DNA of 64,000 bases from Polyangiaceae bacterium (GCA_044222475.1 JBGANF010000012.1:1-64000); one strand, 5' to 3'. Shown: positions 29,933 through 40,012, numbered from the stretch's first letter. Notes: generated by a model from the letters alone, not told the origin. Made by a program: numbers and translations.

Positions 29933-29948
29933 CGGCACGGTGCGTGCT
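29933..29948 (+). promoter_or_regulatory. Sigma-54-like promoter upstream of the kelch lipoprotein gene
   Basis: CGGCACGGTGCGTGCT = GG-N10-GC, about 15 bp before the ATG. Confidence 0.5.
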
Positions 29949-29962
29949 TTGGCGTTCGGGTC

Positions 29963-31153
29963 ATGCGTGCCACGCTCGCTTCTCTCTCCCTTCTCGTCCT
30001 GACGGCCTGCGGTGGGACGTCGAGCCCGACCACCCCCGCCGACGCGGGAGCCGACGTCGTCGCCGACGCGCCGGAGGTCCTTCCCACCGCCGCGGTGACG
30101 CCGACCGGATCCCTGAAGGAGGCGCGTGCCAACCACACCGCGACCCTGCTCCAGGATGGCCGGGTTCTCGTCGTCGGAGGCGAGCAGATCGCGACGAGAA
30201 CGCCCACCGCTTCGATCGAGGTCTGGGATCCCAAGACGGGACAATTCACGAAGCTCGCCGATCTCCCGAGCCCGATCGTGGGCCACTCGGCGACGCTCCT
30301 CGCCGACGGGCGCGTGCTCATCGCTGGGAGCGGCAACTACACCGAGAACGGTGTCCCGAGCGGCGAAGCCGTGTCCGATGCCGCGTACCTCTTCGATCCG
30401 AAGACGAACGCTGCGACCCCGACCGGCTCGATGAAGCACAAGCGAAGCCATCACTTCGCCGTCGCGCTGGGCGACGGCAAGGTCTTGGTCGGCGGCGGTG
30501 CCGATGCGGTGCCCGGACCGATCGCGCCCGCGCTCGCCTCGGTCGAGATCTTCGACCCGCAAACCGGACAGTTCACCGACGAAGCGACGATGATCGAGGC
30601 TCGCGAGCAAGCTCAGGCGCTCGCGCTCGACGGCGATCGCGTGCTCGTCGTGTCCGGCATCAACACCAAGAAGGGCAGCCTTGGCTCGACCGAGATCTAC
30701 GACCGCAAGACCCATGCGTTCGCGGCCGGCCCACCGCTCGCCGACGGCGGGCGCATCTACCACTCGATGCTGCGCACGAGCGACGGGAGCGTCTACGTGC
30801 TCGGCGGCGTCCAATCGAGCGGGAATGGGGCGGTGTTCCTCGACTCCGTCGAGGTGCTCCACGGGTCCACGTTCGACATCGGTCCGCTCGTTCCCAAGGG
30901 GCGCAACTCCGCCCCGCTGGTCGAGGTGAAAGGGCACCCCGTCGCGTTCGGAGGATACGCCTACGAGATCGGCCTCTCCGCGTTCTTCGACGACGTGCTC
31001 TACCTCGATGGGGCCGGCTGGCATCGGCTCGCCGGCCTCGAGTACGGACGCTTCGGCCATACGGCGACGAAGCTCGCCGACGGTCGGGTGATCGTCATCG
31101 GTGGCTCCAACGCCAAGACGCTGAACCGCGCGGAGATCGTCTCCTTCGAGTGA
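29963..31153 (+). CDS. Kelch-repeat lipoprotein
   Basis: LTAC lipobox; repeated HTATLLxDGRVLVVGG...EIFDP. Confidence 0.9.
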   Translation: MRATLASLSLLVLTACGGTSSPTTPADAGADVVADAPEVLPTAAVTPTGSLKEARANHTATLLQDGRVLVVGGEQIATRTPTASIEVWDPKTGQFTKLADLPSPIVGHSATLLADGRVLIAGSGNYTENGVPSGEAVSDAAYLFDPKTNAATPTGSMKHKRSHHFAVALGDGKVLVGGGADAVPGPIAPALASVEIFDPQTGQFTDEATMIEAREQAQALALDGDRVLVVSGINTKKGSLGSTEIYDRKTHAFAAGPPLADGGRIYHSMLRTSDGSVYVLGGVQSSGNGAVFLDSVEVLHGSTFDIGPLVPKGRNSAPLVEVKGHPVAFGGYAYEIGLSAFFDDVLYLDGAGWHRLAGLEYGRFGHTATKLADGRVIVIGGSNAKTLNRAEIVSFE

Positions 31154-31183
31154 CGAAGCGGAATTCGTGGCATCATCCGGCAC

Positions 31184-31951
31184 GTGAGCGGACGAACGAG
31201 AGCCATCGCGTCACTCCTCGTGCTCGCCAGCAGCGCCGCCGCCTGCTTCCTCCTGCCGCAGACGGACCCTCTGAGCGGCGGCGCACCGAAGGACGCAGCG
31301 GTCGGTGACGGCTCCGCGGATGCCGACGCGGGCTGGTGCGACTCCACGTTCTGTGACGATTTCGATCATGGTGCGCTGGGTGCCCTGTGGACCGAGGTGC
31401 GCGGGATCGATGCCGGCTTCATGAGCCTGGGAGCTCCGGCTGTCTCACCGCCGAACGCGCTCGTGATCGAGCAGATCGACGGCGGGAACAAGCAGCAGAA
31501 GCTGCCGATGCTCGTGAAGGATCTGCCGAAGGGCGCGAGCCTTCGTTGCTCGTTCTCGGTCCTCGCCGAGGTGCTGCCGGCTGCGAACAACTCAGGCGAC
31601 CTGCTGACGTTCCTGTTCGCGGGCGGCGGGACCTTCGTCGACAACGAGATCCTGCTCTCGCTCGACAAGGCCGGCCTGAGACTGCGCGAGGACGTGAGCC
31701 TCCTCGACGGTGGCTGCAACTGTCCCAAGTTCGAGATCGGGCCTTTCCCGATCAGCGGCGCGCTCTTCACGCGCATCGCGATGGTGACCGACTTCGCGAC
31801 GGCCCGCATCTTCGTGAACGACGTCGAAGTGGCCTCGCACGCCGTCACCGGGGCCGGACCGACTCCGGTGCGGGTCTACTTCGGGTACGATCGCCCGAAC
31901 GGAACGAGCCGCATCCGGGTCGACGACTTCGCGTGCACCGTCACTCCGTAG
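31184..31951 (+). CDS. Putative lipoprotein with beta-sandwich (FCDDFD) domain
   Basis: AAAC lipobox; FCDDFD start and RVDDF end. Confidence 0.7.
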   Translation: MSGRTRAIASLLVLASSAAACFLLPQTDPLSGGAPKDAAVGDGSADADAGWCDSTFCDDFDHGALGALWTEVRGIDAGFMSLGAPAVSPPNALVIEQIDGGNKQQKLPMLVKDLPKGASLRCSFSVLAEVLPAANNSGDLLTFLFAGGGTFVDNEILLSLDKAGLRLREDVSLLDGGCNCPKFEIGPFPISGALFTRIAMVTDFATARIFVNDVEVASHAVTGAGPTPVRVYFGYDRPNGTSRIRVDDFACTVTP

Positions 31952-31954
31952 CGA

Positions 31955-33736
31955 TCAACGCGGCCCGTACGCCGGAAGCGGTTGCCCGACCTCGTACGCG
32001 CCGAGATCGGGAGCGGCGCCGGCCCATCCATCGTCGACGTTGGGGAGGACCACGCCGACGTCGACCGCTGCGCTTCCGGGCTTGATCCGAAGGTCCGGCA
32101 CGGCCTTCGCGGGGAGCGGGCTCGTCGGATAGGCGACCGCCGTCGCGAAGACGCCGAGGTCGAGCTGGACCCCGTGCTTCTCGGTCGTCTTGGTCTTCAT
32201 CTCCGCGAGCCCGGTGAACGTGATCGAACCGATGCGCCCGTTGAACGTGCCGGCAGTCGATCCGTAGCCGTCGTAGTCGTAGTCCCCGGAGGGATCGGCG
32301 GACTGAAGGTCCATCACCCGGCCGTTTCCGTTCGAGTACCCGTTGTAGGTTCCGCCCGGACCGCCGACGAACAAGTTGTTCCGCGCGTACTGCCGCGCGA
32401 AGACGTCGGTGGTGTAGATGCCGAACGCGTCGCCGTTCTTCACGATCGTGTTGTGGAACAACACGTCTCCGACGCTGGCGCGCTGGAGCTTGAACGCGGA
32501 GAGGACGACGTTGTACGCGACGTTGCGGATGAAGTAGGTCGGCCCGCCGAGGCTGGGCTGCGAGCTCATCGCCATGAACCCGTTGGTGAAGCGGTTCCGC
32601 ACGACGCGGCAGTCGTGGAAGCAGAAGTCGGCCTCGATCGCGTCGTCCGCGCACGTGTCGGTGTCGTTCTCGACGAAATCGATCGAGTACTGGTCGACTG
32701 CCTCTGCGTCCTCGTAGAGCGAGAGGCAGTCACGAAACCCCGTCACCTTGTTGTGCTCGATGACGTGTCCCGGTCCGGTCACGACGATGCCTTCGCCGAC
32801 GTTGTTGCCGCTCGCGCCGAACGAGCTCTCGGCCCAGACCGTGGCTCCGGTGACGACGTTGTCGGCGATGTAGTCGTTCTCGCTCCGGAGGCCGGCGACG
32901 ATTCCATCGGTCGCCGTCGTCACCGTGTTCTTGGTGATCACGACCTCGACCGTGGCGTTGATCCGGATGCGCCCCTGCACGGTGACGCCGGTCAGGTGAA
33001 CGTACTTCCGACCGATCAGCGACACGTCGCCGGTGAAGGTGACCGATCCGTTCGCGCGAATCACGATCGGCTTGCCCGCGGTGCCGTCCTTGGTGACCTG
33101 GAAGGCCGGGTAGGAGCCGGCGCCGAGCTCGATGACGTCGCCCGGCTGAGCGCCGTTCATGACGGCGGCGAGCGTCTGCGGCGTCGCCGGCTTGACCGGC
33201 GCGTTCGGCATCGGTGCGGGGATCGGCCGCGTCTTCACGCTCGCAGTGCGCACCTCGCAGCCGCCGTCGGGATCGAGGAGGAACGCCTCGACGTCGTACG
33301 TCGTGTCGGGCTCGAGATCGAAGATGCTCCCGGCGTGGCGGTTCGTCCACGAGAAGCCCTGGTTCGAGCCGGCGGGCACGCGGCGGAGTGGGAGCCCCTG
33401 CTTCCAGCTCGGATCTCCCTGCTTGCGGTAGCGGATCGAAACCACGCCGTCGGCGTCTGCGTCGCCGGTGATGGCCCACTCGACGGTGACGTTGCGAATC
33501 GTCGGAAACGGGAACGTGAGCGCGCCGGGGACGGTACCGTTCGGTGGCGCCCCGGGTCCGACGTTGTTCGGGGGGCAGACCCCAGGGGGCGCGCCGTCGA
33601 GCGACGTCGTCCCATCTTGGGATGACCCGTCGTTCCCGGTGCCACCGTCGACCGGCGGAGTGACCGCGTCGTCCCCGCCGCACGCCACGAACAAAGCCAG
33701 CACCAGGAGTGATCCGATCTTGGTCTTCGCTTCCAC
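31955..33736 (-). CDS. Lipoprotein with FN3-like and right-handed parallel beta-helix domains (polysaccharide lyase-like)
   Basis: FVAC lipobox; DLEPDTTYDV; AQPGDVIELGAGSY; GTAGKPIVIR; PDLGAYE. Confidence 0.8.
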   Translation of the reverse strand: MEAKTKIGSLLVLALFVACGGDDAVTPPVDGGTGNDGSSQDGTTSLDGAPPGVCPPNNVGPGAPPNGTVPGALTFPFPTIRNVTVEWAITGDADADGVVSIRYRKQGDPSWKQGLPLRRVPAGSNQGFSWTNRHAGSIFDLEPDTTYDVEAFLLDPDGGCEVRTASVKTRPIPAPMPNAPVKPATPQTLAAVMNGAQPGDVIELGAGSYPAFQVTKDGTAGKPIVIRANGSVTFTGDVSLIGRKYVHLTGVTVQGRIRINATVEVVITKNTVTTATDGIVAGLRSENDYIADNVVTGATVWAESSFGASGNNVGEGIVVTGPGHVIEHNKVTGFRDCLSLYEDAEAVDQYSIDFVENDTDTCADDAIEADFCFHDCRVVRNRFTNGFMAMSSQPSLGGPTYFIRNVAYNVVLSAFKLQRASVGDVLFHNTIVKNGDAFGIYTTDVFARQYARNNLFVGGPGGTYNGYSNGNGRVMDLQSADPSGDYDYDGYGSTAGTFNGRIGSITFTGLAEMKTKTTEKHGVQLDLGVFATAVAYPTSPLPAKAVPDLRIKPGSAAVDVGVVLPNVDDGWAGAAPDLGAYEVGQPLPAYGPR

Positions 33737-33858
33737 GTACCCATTCTGCGCCCATGGCGCCGCGGATCCAGCCTGAATTCTGCTCCCGAGCGTCGACCTC
33801 TTGCGGGTGGGGTTCATGCTCCGAGGGAACAATTCGGGCCGACGCCTGTTGCGTCGAC

Positions 33859-34566
33859 ATGGACGACCTCCTCCGCGTCGCGAGCTTCAACGTCAAGCGG
33901 CTGTCGGCGCGAGAGAAGCTGCGCGTCGATCGAATCGGCGCGTTCGTGGGCGCGCTCGAGAGCGACGTCGTCGCTCTCCAGGAGATCTGGACCGAACCGG
34001 TCGCCGACGTGGCGCGGTCGGCTGGGTTTCCCCACTGGACCTTCGTCGGCCACGCACCGTCGCGACGGCGTGGAGTCGCGATGCTCCACCGCGTGGCGGC
34101 GAGCGCGCGCGGCGGCGAGCGGCTCTCGGCGCGGCCCGGCGACGACAAGGGCTACACGCGAGCCGTCCTGCGCACGCGCGGAGTCGACGTCGAGGTCATC
34201 GGCCTCCACCTCGACTGGATCTCGCGGCGAGCTCGATCGCGACAGATCGACGAGCTCGCGCGCGCGGTGGGACAGCCACGCATGCCACGCGTCGTCATCG
34301 GCGACATGAACGCGATGACGCTCGCCGCGTGGGCGCGCGCGATGCCGAGCGACGACACCGTGACGGAGCTCGCCCGAGCTCTCGGAGTGTCGCCCCCTCC
34401 CACCGCCCAAGCGACCTTCCCGAGTCGCGCCCCCCGGTGGGCCCTCGATTGGATCCTCGTCTCGCCGCCGCTCCGCTTCGCCGACGTCCGCGTGACGCCG
34501 ACGCCGCTGTCCGATCACGCCGCGATCGTCGCCGATCTCGTCATCGGTGAAGACCGCCGAGCGTGA
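33859..34566 (+). CDS. Endonuclease/exonuclease/phosphatase (EEP) family protein
   Basis: ASFNV, DVVALQE, HL, GDMN, LDWI and SDH motifs. Confidence 0.88.
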   Translation: MDDLLRVASFNVKRLSAREKLRVDRIGAFVGALESDVVALQEIWTEPVADVARSAGFPHWTFVGHAPSRRRGVAMLHRVAASARGGERLSARPGDDKGYTRAVLRTRGVDVEVIGLHLDWISRRARSRQIDELARAVGQPRMPRVVIGDMNAMTLAAWARAMPSDDTVTELARALGVSPPPTAQATFPSRAPRWALDWILVSPPLRFADVRVTPTPLSDHAAIVADLVIGEDRRA

Positions 34567-35059
34567 GCTGAGCACCTGCACCTTCGAGATCGAGCAGCCG
34601 ACGTTTGTTCGGGACCCCGCCGCCGAACCCGGCGAGCGCGCCGCTCTTCGCGATCACTCGGTGGCACGGGATCACGATCGCGATGCGGTTCTGGCCGTTC
34701 GCCATTCCGACGGCGCGGGCTTTGTTGCGGTCACCGACGCGGCGAGCCTGCTCGTCGTAGGAGATCGTCTGGCCGTACGGGATGCGCAGCAGCTCGCGCC
34801 ACGCGCGGAGCTGGAAGTCGGTGCCGTCGAGGACGAGCGGCAGGTCGAAGACCCGCCGCTTCCGGGCGAAGTACTCGGCGAGCTGCTTCTTGGCCTCCCG
34901 AAGGACCTCGTGCCGCGGTCGCACGGGTAGAGCATCCCACGCGGCGCCGTCCCAGCCGAGGAAGTGGAGCCCTCGCGAAGAAGCGACGAGCGTCAGCCTT
35001 CCCACCGGGCTGTCGATCGCGTCGCGGACGCAGTCATCGGGCAGAGTCGTCGACTTCAT
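34541..35059 (-). CDS. ogt: Methylated-DNA--protein-cysteine methyltransferase
   Basis: GTDFQ, IPYGQTISY, ARAVG and PCHRV active site. Confidence 0.95.
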   Translation of the reverse strand: MKSTTLPDDCVRDAIDSPVGRLTLVASSRGLHFLGWDGAAWDALPVRPRHEVLREAKKQLAEYFARKRRVFDLPLVLDGTDFQLRAWRELLRIPYGQTISYDEQARRVGDRNKARAVGMANGQNRIAIVIPCHRVIAKSGALAGFGGGVPNKRRLLDLEGAGAQLTLGGLHR

Positions 35060-36464
35060 GGTTCCTCCAGAGGTGCATCACGGCGTATGCGCGCCACGGG
35101 CGCACGGATTCGAGTGCTTCGATCGCGCGAGCCGGCGATCCGAGCGCGCGTCGAACGATCAGGTCTTCGGCAGGGAACGCGTCCGGCCAGCGGAGGGCGC
35201 GCATCGCGATGTACTCCGCGGTCCACGCGCCGATTCCGGGGAGCTCCGACAGGGCAACGCGGGTCCGCTCGACGTCGGCGGTCGGCGCGAGGTCGAGCGT
35301 CCCCTTCGAGACCGCCGACGCGATCAGGGCGATCGCGCGCGACCGAGCTCGCGGGACACCACGCCACCCGCTGCGAGCGAGCGCGGCGGGCGTCGGGAAG
35401 AGCCGACAGAGCCCCGCGAACGGCGTGCTCACGCGCTCGCCGTAGCGCGCGGCGAGCTTGCCCGCGAGGGTGCGCGCGCCAGCGACGCTGATCTGTTGTC
35501 CCAAAATGGAGCGTACGGCGAGCTCGAAGCCGTCGACCGCACCGGGAACGCGGAGCCCGGGTGACCTCCGCACGAGCGGCGCCAAGCGGCGGTGGGTCGA
35601 CAAAGCGTCGGCTACCGCCCGCGGCTGGGCGTCGAGATCGAACAGCGCGCGCACGCGCGCGACGAGCGGCATGAGCACCGGCGTGAGCGAGAGAGAGACC
35701 TCGCAGGTGAGCGCGTCCCCATCGGGAGAGACGGAGATCCATCCGGTTCGGTCGTGAATGCGAACGGTACGGCGGTAGGCATCGGCCGTGGCCTCTTCGA
35801 CGCCGGGGATGGCTCGATCGCGGAGGAACGCGAGCAGCGCGCCCCAGTCGAACGGCGGGCGATAGTCGAGCCGAAGGCGGATCGCGGTGCCGTCCCCGCG
35901 CTCGCGCGGCCCGCGTCCGCGGCGCGCTTCGGTGGGCGATCGATCGAAGCGCGCTCGGAAGAGCGCGTTGAACCGCCGAACGCTCGCGAAGCCGCTCGCG
36001 TACGCGACCTCGGTGATCGGGAGGCGCGTGTCGCAGAGGAGCTGCTTCGCGAGCGCGATGCGCTTCGATTGACGGAGCTCGACCGGCGACACGCCCAGCT
36101 CTCGGGCGAGGACGCGACGGAGGTGACGTGCCGTCACTCCGAGCGACTCGGCCAGGGCGTCCAGGTCGGCTTCACCTTGCTCGATGCGCTGCGCCGCGAG
36201 GGTCGCGAGCCGCGCGGTTCGATCGACGGTGCTGTTGCCAGGAGCGAGCTCCGGCCGGCAGAGGAAACACGCGCGGAACCCCTCGCGCTCTGCCTCGGCC
36301 GCGTGGCGAAAGAACTTACATCGGTCCCGCGCCGGGGTGCGCGCGGTGCACACGGGGCGGCAATAGATCCCGGTCGTCGTGACGCCGACGAAGAACAGCC
36401 CGTCGAACCGAGGGTCTCGACTCGCCGCAGCTGCGTACGCCTGGGTGGGACCGAGCGCTTCCAT
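35034..36464 (-). CDS. alkA: Ada (Zn/AraC)-AlkA fusion DNA-3-methyladenine glycosylase
   Basis: TTGIYCRPVC and GFRACFLCRP Ada Zn site, AraC HTH, AlkA_N, LPGIGAWTAEY HhH, RPWRAYA; GGAGG SD. Confidence 0.93.
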   Translation of the reverse strand: MEALGPTQAYAAAASRDPRFDGLFFVGVTTTGIYCRPVCTARTPARDRCKFFRHAAEAEREGFRACFLCRPELAPGNSTVDRTARLATLAAQRIEQGEADLDALAESLGVTARHLRRVLARELGVSPVELRQSKRIALAKQLLCDTRLPITEVAYASGFASVRRFNALFRARFDRSPTEARRGRGPRERGDGTAIRLRLDYRPPFDWGALLAFLRDRAIPGVEEATADAYRRTVRIHDRTGWISVSPDGDALTCEVSLSLTPVLMPLVARVRALFDLDAQPRAVADALSTHRRLAPLVRRSPGLRVPGAVDGFELAVRSILGQQISVAGARTLAGKLAARYGERVSTPFAGLCRLFPTPAALARSGWRGVPRARSRAIALIASAVSKGTLDLAPTADVERTRVALSELPGIGAWTAEYIAMRALRWPDAFPAEDLIVRRALGSPARAIEALESVRPWRAYAVMHLWRNHEVDDSAR

Positions 36465-36571
36465 GTCCTCCCACGTAGCACCGGGTCGCGCGCGCGGCTG
36501 GCCGTTTTCGGACATCGTCGCGAGATCGCGTTTCCGCCTTTTTTCTGCGGGCCCGGTGATACTCTTTTCCC

Positions 36572-37933
36572 ATGCGCACCTCGATCCTCTTCGCGTGTGC
36601 CGTCCTCTTCGTCGCGCCTGCCGCGCTCGCCAACGGCGAGGCGATCAACGGCTTCCCGAACTGGCAAGAGCGCGTCATGCTCGAGTGGACGAACCGCGCG
36701 CGCTGCGATCCGCAAGTCGAGATGACGGCGTGCGGCGGCAACTGTCCCGAGAAGGCCTGCTACACGCCGATCGCACCCGTCGGCTGGAGCGAGAAGCTGA
36801 ACCACGCGGCCCGCTTCCACTCCGACAACATGAAGGCGATCGGGTTCTTCAACCACCCGTCGGCGTGCACCCTCGTGAACAACATCGACGCGCTCTACCC
36901 CGGCACCTGCCAAGGGGCCGCGTCGTGCGCGTGCGTCGGCGGCACCGCGACCTGCAACCCGACGTGCACGTCGACGTCGGCGCGCATAGCGCTCTTCGGC
37001 ACGACGTTCAGCGGCGAGATCATCGCGAGCGGCACCGACCCGAACGGCGCGTTCTACCAGTGGCTCTTCGAGACCTACAACAAGACGACGTGCGCGTTCG
37101 ACCTCGGTCCGCCGACGAACGGCCATCGCTGGAACCTCCTGAAGGCGGGCCCGAGCTACGGCTTCGGCGCCGGCGCGAACGGCGCACCGTCGGTCGGTGA
37201 CTCGGGCGGGAGCGGCACGCCGACCAAGATCGTGAGCGGCTCGCACTACCCGAAGCAGAGCGCGAGCGTGCAGGCGTGGATGAACTGGTACGACAGCGCG
37301 GGCCCCAAATCCGTGCTGATCAACGTGGATGGCACGTGCACCGCCATGACGCTCGGGCGCGGCTCGGTGACGAACGGCGCCTACACGACGACGCTGACGA
37401 ACGTCTCCTCCGGGTGTCACCGCTACTTCTTCAGCGTCGTCGACTCGACGAACGCGATCATCACCTACCCGACCACCGGCTCGCTCGGGATCGGCACGAC
37501 CGGCTGCGCCGATTGGGACACGTCGCGCCCGCCGACCGGCTCCGGCTGCAACTGCACCGCGCAGTGCAGCGGCAAGACCTGCGGCGACGACGGCTGCGGC
37601 GGCTCGTGCGGCAACTGCAGCAGCGGGTCGACGTGCCAGGGCAACCAGTGCGTGCAGAACCCACCGGACGCAGGGACGACGACCGACAGCGGCGTTCCGG
37701 TCAACGACGCCGGGCAGCCGGTCAACGACGCCGGGCAGCCCATCAACGACGCGGGCCAACCCATCGACGACGCCGGCAACCCGATCGACGGCGGCTCGGG
37801 CACGACCCCGGGGACGGACGACGGCTGCTCGTGTCGCACCGCCGGCGAGAGCCGGGGCGACGGCGGATCCGCCGCCGCGCTGGGACTCGCGGGCCTCGCG
37901 TTCGTGATCGCTCGGCGCCGACGGCGCGCATGA
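36572..37933 (+). CDS. Secreted CAP-domain Cys-rich protein with MYXO-CTERM-like sorting tail
   Basis: TNRAR, AARFHSDNM, GEII and GHRWNLL CAP motifs; GCSC...hydrophobic...RRRRR C-terminus. Confidence 0.82.
   Translation: MRTSILFACAVLFVAPAALANGEAINGFPNWQERVMLEWTNRARCDPQVEMTACGGNCPEKACYTPIAPVGWSEKLNHAARFHSDNMKAIGFFNHPSACTLVNNIDALYPGTCQGAASCACVGGTATCNPTCTSTSARIALFGTTFSGEIIASGTDPNGAFYQWLFETYNKTTCAFDLGPPTNGHRWNLLKAGPSYGFGAGANGAPSVGDSGGSGTPTKIVSGSHYPKQSASVQAWMNWYDSAGPKSVLINVDGTCTAMTLGRGSVTNGAYTTTLTNVSSGCHRYFFSVVDSTNAIITYPTTGSLGIGTTGCADWDTSRPPTGSGCNCTAQCSGKTCGDDGCGGSCGNCSSGSTCQGNQCVQNPPDAGTTTDSGVPVNDAGQPVNDAGQPINDAGQPIDDAGNPIDGGSGTTPGTDDGCSCRTAGESRGDGGSAAALGLAGLAFVIARRRRRA
37697..37792 (+). repeat. 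21-bp coding repeat P(V/I)(N/D)DAG(Q/N), 4-5 copies
   Basis: ccggtcaacgacgccgggcag unit repeated. Confidence 0.85.
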
Positions 37934-38694
37934 AGGACCCTGTGCTCGCGCGGGCCGAAGCCGACGTCGCCGAGCACGGGTGGCACGTCATCAAGGTCTT
38001 CTCCGACGGCGACACCGGCCCGCCGTTCGCCTACACGATCGGGCTCGAGACGTCGTTCCGCCACCCGGAGATCATCGTCTTCGGGCTCAACGACGACCTC
38101 GACTTCATGCACCGCGTGCTGAACGGGATCGGGGCTCGCGTCGAGCGCGGAGAGCGCTTCGCTCACGGCGACCGGAAACGCGGCATCCTACCGGGCTACG
38201 TGTGCCCGTTCGCGCGCGTCCCGAAGAGCGCGTACGCCGAGCACCTCGGGCGCGCCATCCAGTACCATCGTGGGACACGGTTCCGCGCGCTCCAGTGCAT
38301 CTGGCCGGATCCGAAGAAGCGCCTGCCTTGGGATCCCAAGGTGATGCCGCCCATCTTGCGCCGGCAGCCCGTCCTGGCTCGACCCGACGCGGGGCCGCGC
38401 GACCGGCCGTGGCCCTTCGAAGACTCGCACTCGCGGTGGGCGTTCACGACCCGTCAGGTCGTCGAGCGCAAGGAGCCGATCCGCTTCGCCGGTCGGTTTC
38501 GGGAGAACGGGGAGTGGCAGTTCGTGTGCAACACGACCGAACGGCCCGAGGACCTCGTCATCACGACGCTCGGCTGGGTGGTCGACGCCGACCCGTCGGT
38601 GACGCGCATCGCGAAGCTTCGGCCCGGCCAATGCGCCGAACGAACCAGCGCAACGAAGCCCTGGAAACGCGGGAAGATGCCGACGGACGAGTAG
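37930..38694 (+). CDS. DUF4262-like protein with C-terminal extension
   Basis: HGW, FAYTIGL, HPEIIVFGL, QCIWPD...LPW; ATGA coupling. Confidence 0.75.
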   Translation: MKDPVLARAEADVAEHGWHVIKVFSDGDTGPPFAYTIGLETSFRHPEIIVFGLNDDLDFMHRVLNGIGARVERGERFAHGDRKRGILPGYVCPFARVPKSAYAEHLGRAIQYHRGTRFRALQCIWPDPKKRLPWDPKVMPPILRRQPVLARPDAGPRDRPWPFEDSHSRWAFTTRQVVERKEPIRFAGRFRENGEWQFVCNTTERPEDLVITTLGWVVDADPSVTRIAKLRPGQCAERTSATKPWKRGKMPTDE

Positions 38695-38699
38695 CTGCG

Positions 38700-39011
38700 C
38701 TAGCGGTCCTCGAGGGAGCCCGCGTCGCGAGTGAGTTGCCCGAGCCATTCGTCATCCGCGATCACGGGGAGGACGGTGGTGACGCCAAGGACGCGCACGA
38801 CGTCTCCGGGCTCCACACGGTAGAGCGCGCTTCGATGGCATCCCGTTACCCAGAAGTCGTCCCGGTCCTGGAACTCACCATGGCTCTCGGTCAGCTGGAG
38901 ATCGCCGACAGGACACTGCAGGTCCGCAGCTGCGAACGCGCGAACTCTCTGAGTAGTGTTCGTGCAGCCGACCAGGCACAGAACGAGTCCCGGCAAGAAT
39001 CGCGGCCTCAC
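38700..39011 (-). CDS. Small lipoprotein (AAADLQC...VTGC type)
   Basis: LVGC lipobox; GTG start overlapping the upstream TGA. Confidence 0.65.
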   Translation of the reverse strand: MRPRFLPGLVLCLVGCTNTTQRVRAFAAADLQCPVGDLQLTESHGEFQDRDDFWVTGCHRSALYRVEPGDVVRVLGVTTVLPVIADDEWLGQLTRDAGSLEDR

Positions 39012-39148
39012 GGTGCGAGCGAACACTCGGGCACGCAGGCGTACGGATCCTCGCGTGCCGCGCAGCCGTCAGCCAACAACGCGCCCACGCTCATCGGGAT
39101 GATGGCGATGCGGAGCAGCCGGGTGGCAGCGCGAGCGGAACCCTCCAC
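39008..39148 (-). CDS. Putative 46-aa small (lipo)protein not in the ORF track
   Basis: VEGSARAATRLLRIAIIPMSVGALLADGCAAREDPYACVPECSLAP; TACGAT-N7-GTG upstream; GTGA coupling downstream. Confidence 0.4.
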   Translation of the reverse strand: MEGSARAATRLLRIAIIPMSVGALLADGCAAREDPYACVPECSLAP

Positions 39149-39214
39149 GGATCGGATCGTACATCATGGAGGTGGGAAGCATGGACGCGAACTTGGTCTT
39201 CACAATCGTCGACC

Positions 39215-39274
39215 CTCGTCCTCGTCCTCGTGCTCGTGCTCGTGCTCGTCCTCGTGCTCGTGCGCGTGCGCGAT
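39215..39274 (+). repeat. Left arm: 10 hexamers (CTCGTC/CTCGTG/CGCGTG/CGCGAT)
   Basis: Read directly; reverse-complementary to 39867-39938. Confidence 0.95.
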
Positions 39275-39512
39275 GGCGACTCCTCCCGGGTCGACATGAC
39301 GCTCACGAATCGTCTTTTCCATGCGAGCCAGGATGTGTTCCATCCTTGGAACGGGAACGCGATTCGATCTGAGCGACGAGGATCGCCCCGTCGGGACGCT
39401 CCGAGAAGCTCGCGCGTGACTTCTTCGCTTGGTCTGTCTCGCTGCGATTCTCGTCTGGCAACGCTGATGCTCGAACGCAAGCAACCGATGTTTGCTGGGG
39501 CCGATTGGAGGC

Positions 39513-39866
39513 ATGACCGACGATGCTCACCTCGACTACGAGAATCTCGACGTGTACCGCCTCGCCATCGAGTTTCTTCGCCTCTCGATGCAGGTGACGG
39601 CGGCACTGCCACGCGGCGAGAGTGAGCTTCGAAGTCAGCTCAAACGCGCCTCGATGTCCATTCCGCTGAACGTCGCAGAGGCGTCAGGGAAACCCACCGG
39701 CGCCGACAGGGCGCGATACCACGCGATTGCTCGCGGCTCCGCAATGGAGTGTGGCGCCTTGCTCGATGTGTGCGCGATCGCTGGCTACGTCGCGCCTGCC
39801 GACGCGCAGAAGGGCAAGCGTTTGATCGTCCGGATCGTGGCCATGCTGAGCAGGATGTGTCGCTGA
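39513..39866 (+). CDS. Four-helix-bundle protein (23S rRNA IVS protein / Avd-like family)
   Basis: YENLDVYRLA, LRSQLKRASMSIPLNVAEA, IARGSAMEC and IVAML motifs; GGAGG SD. Confidence 0.92.
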   Translation: MTDDAHLDYENLDVYRLAIEFLRLSMQVTAALPRGESELRSQLKRASMSIPLNVAEASGKPTGADRARYHAIARGSAMECGALLDVCAIAGYVAPADAQKGKRLIVRIVAMLSRMCR

Positions 39867-39938
<72 letters not shown>

Positions 39939-40012
39939 CGTCGGCGCGCAGAGGCCTTCGGCAAACGCGTCGCGTACGGCGGCGAACGGAGGTGACGCGG
40001 TCCCGCCGACGA

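Noticed and set aside
34541..36464. ada-alkA/ogt locus as a novel system
   Set aside because: Standard adaptive-response arrangement.
36465..36515. Upstream ATG at 36515 as the alkA start
   Set aside because: ATG 36464 has a GGAGG SD and the Ada domain begins right after it; the upstream segment more likely holds the promoter.
39166..39625. ORFs reading PRPRARAR, LVLVLV or HEHEDE across the hexamer array
   Set aside because: Translations of the non-coding repeat; no SD or plausible domain.
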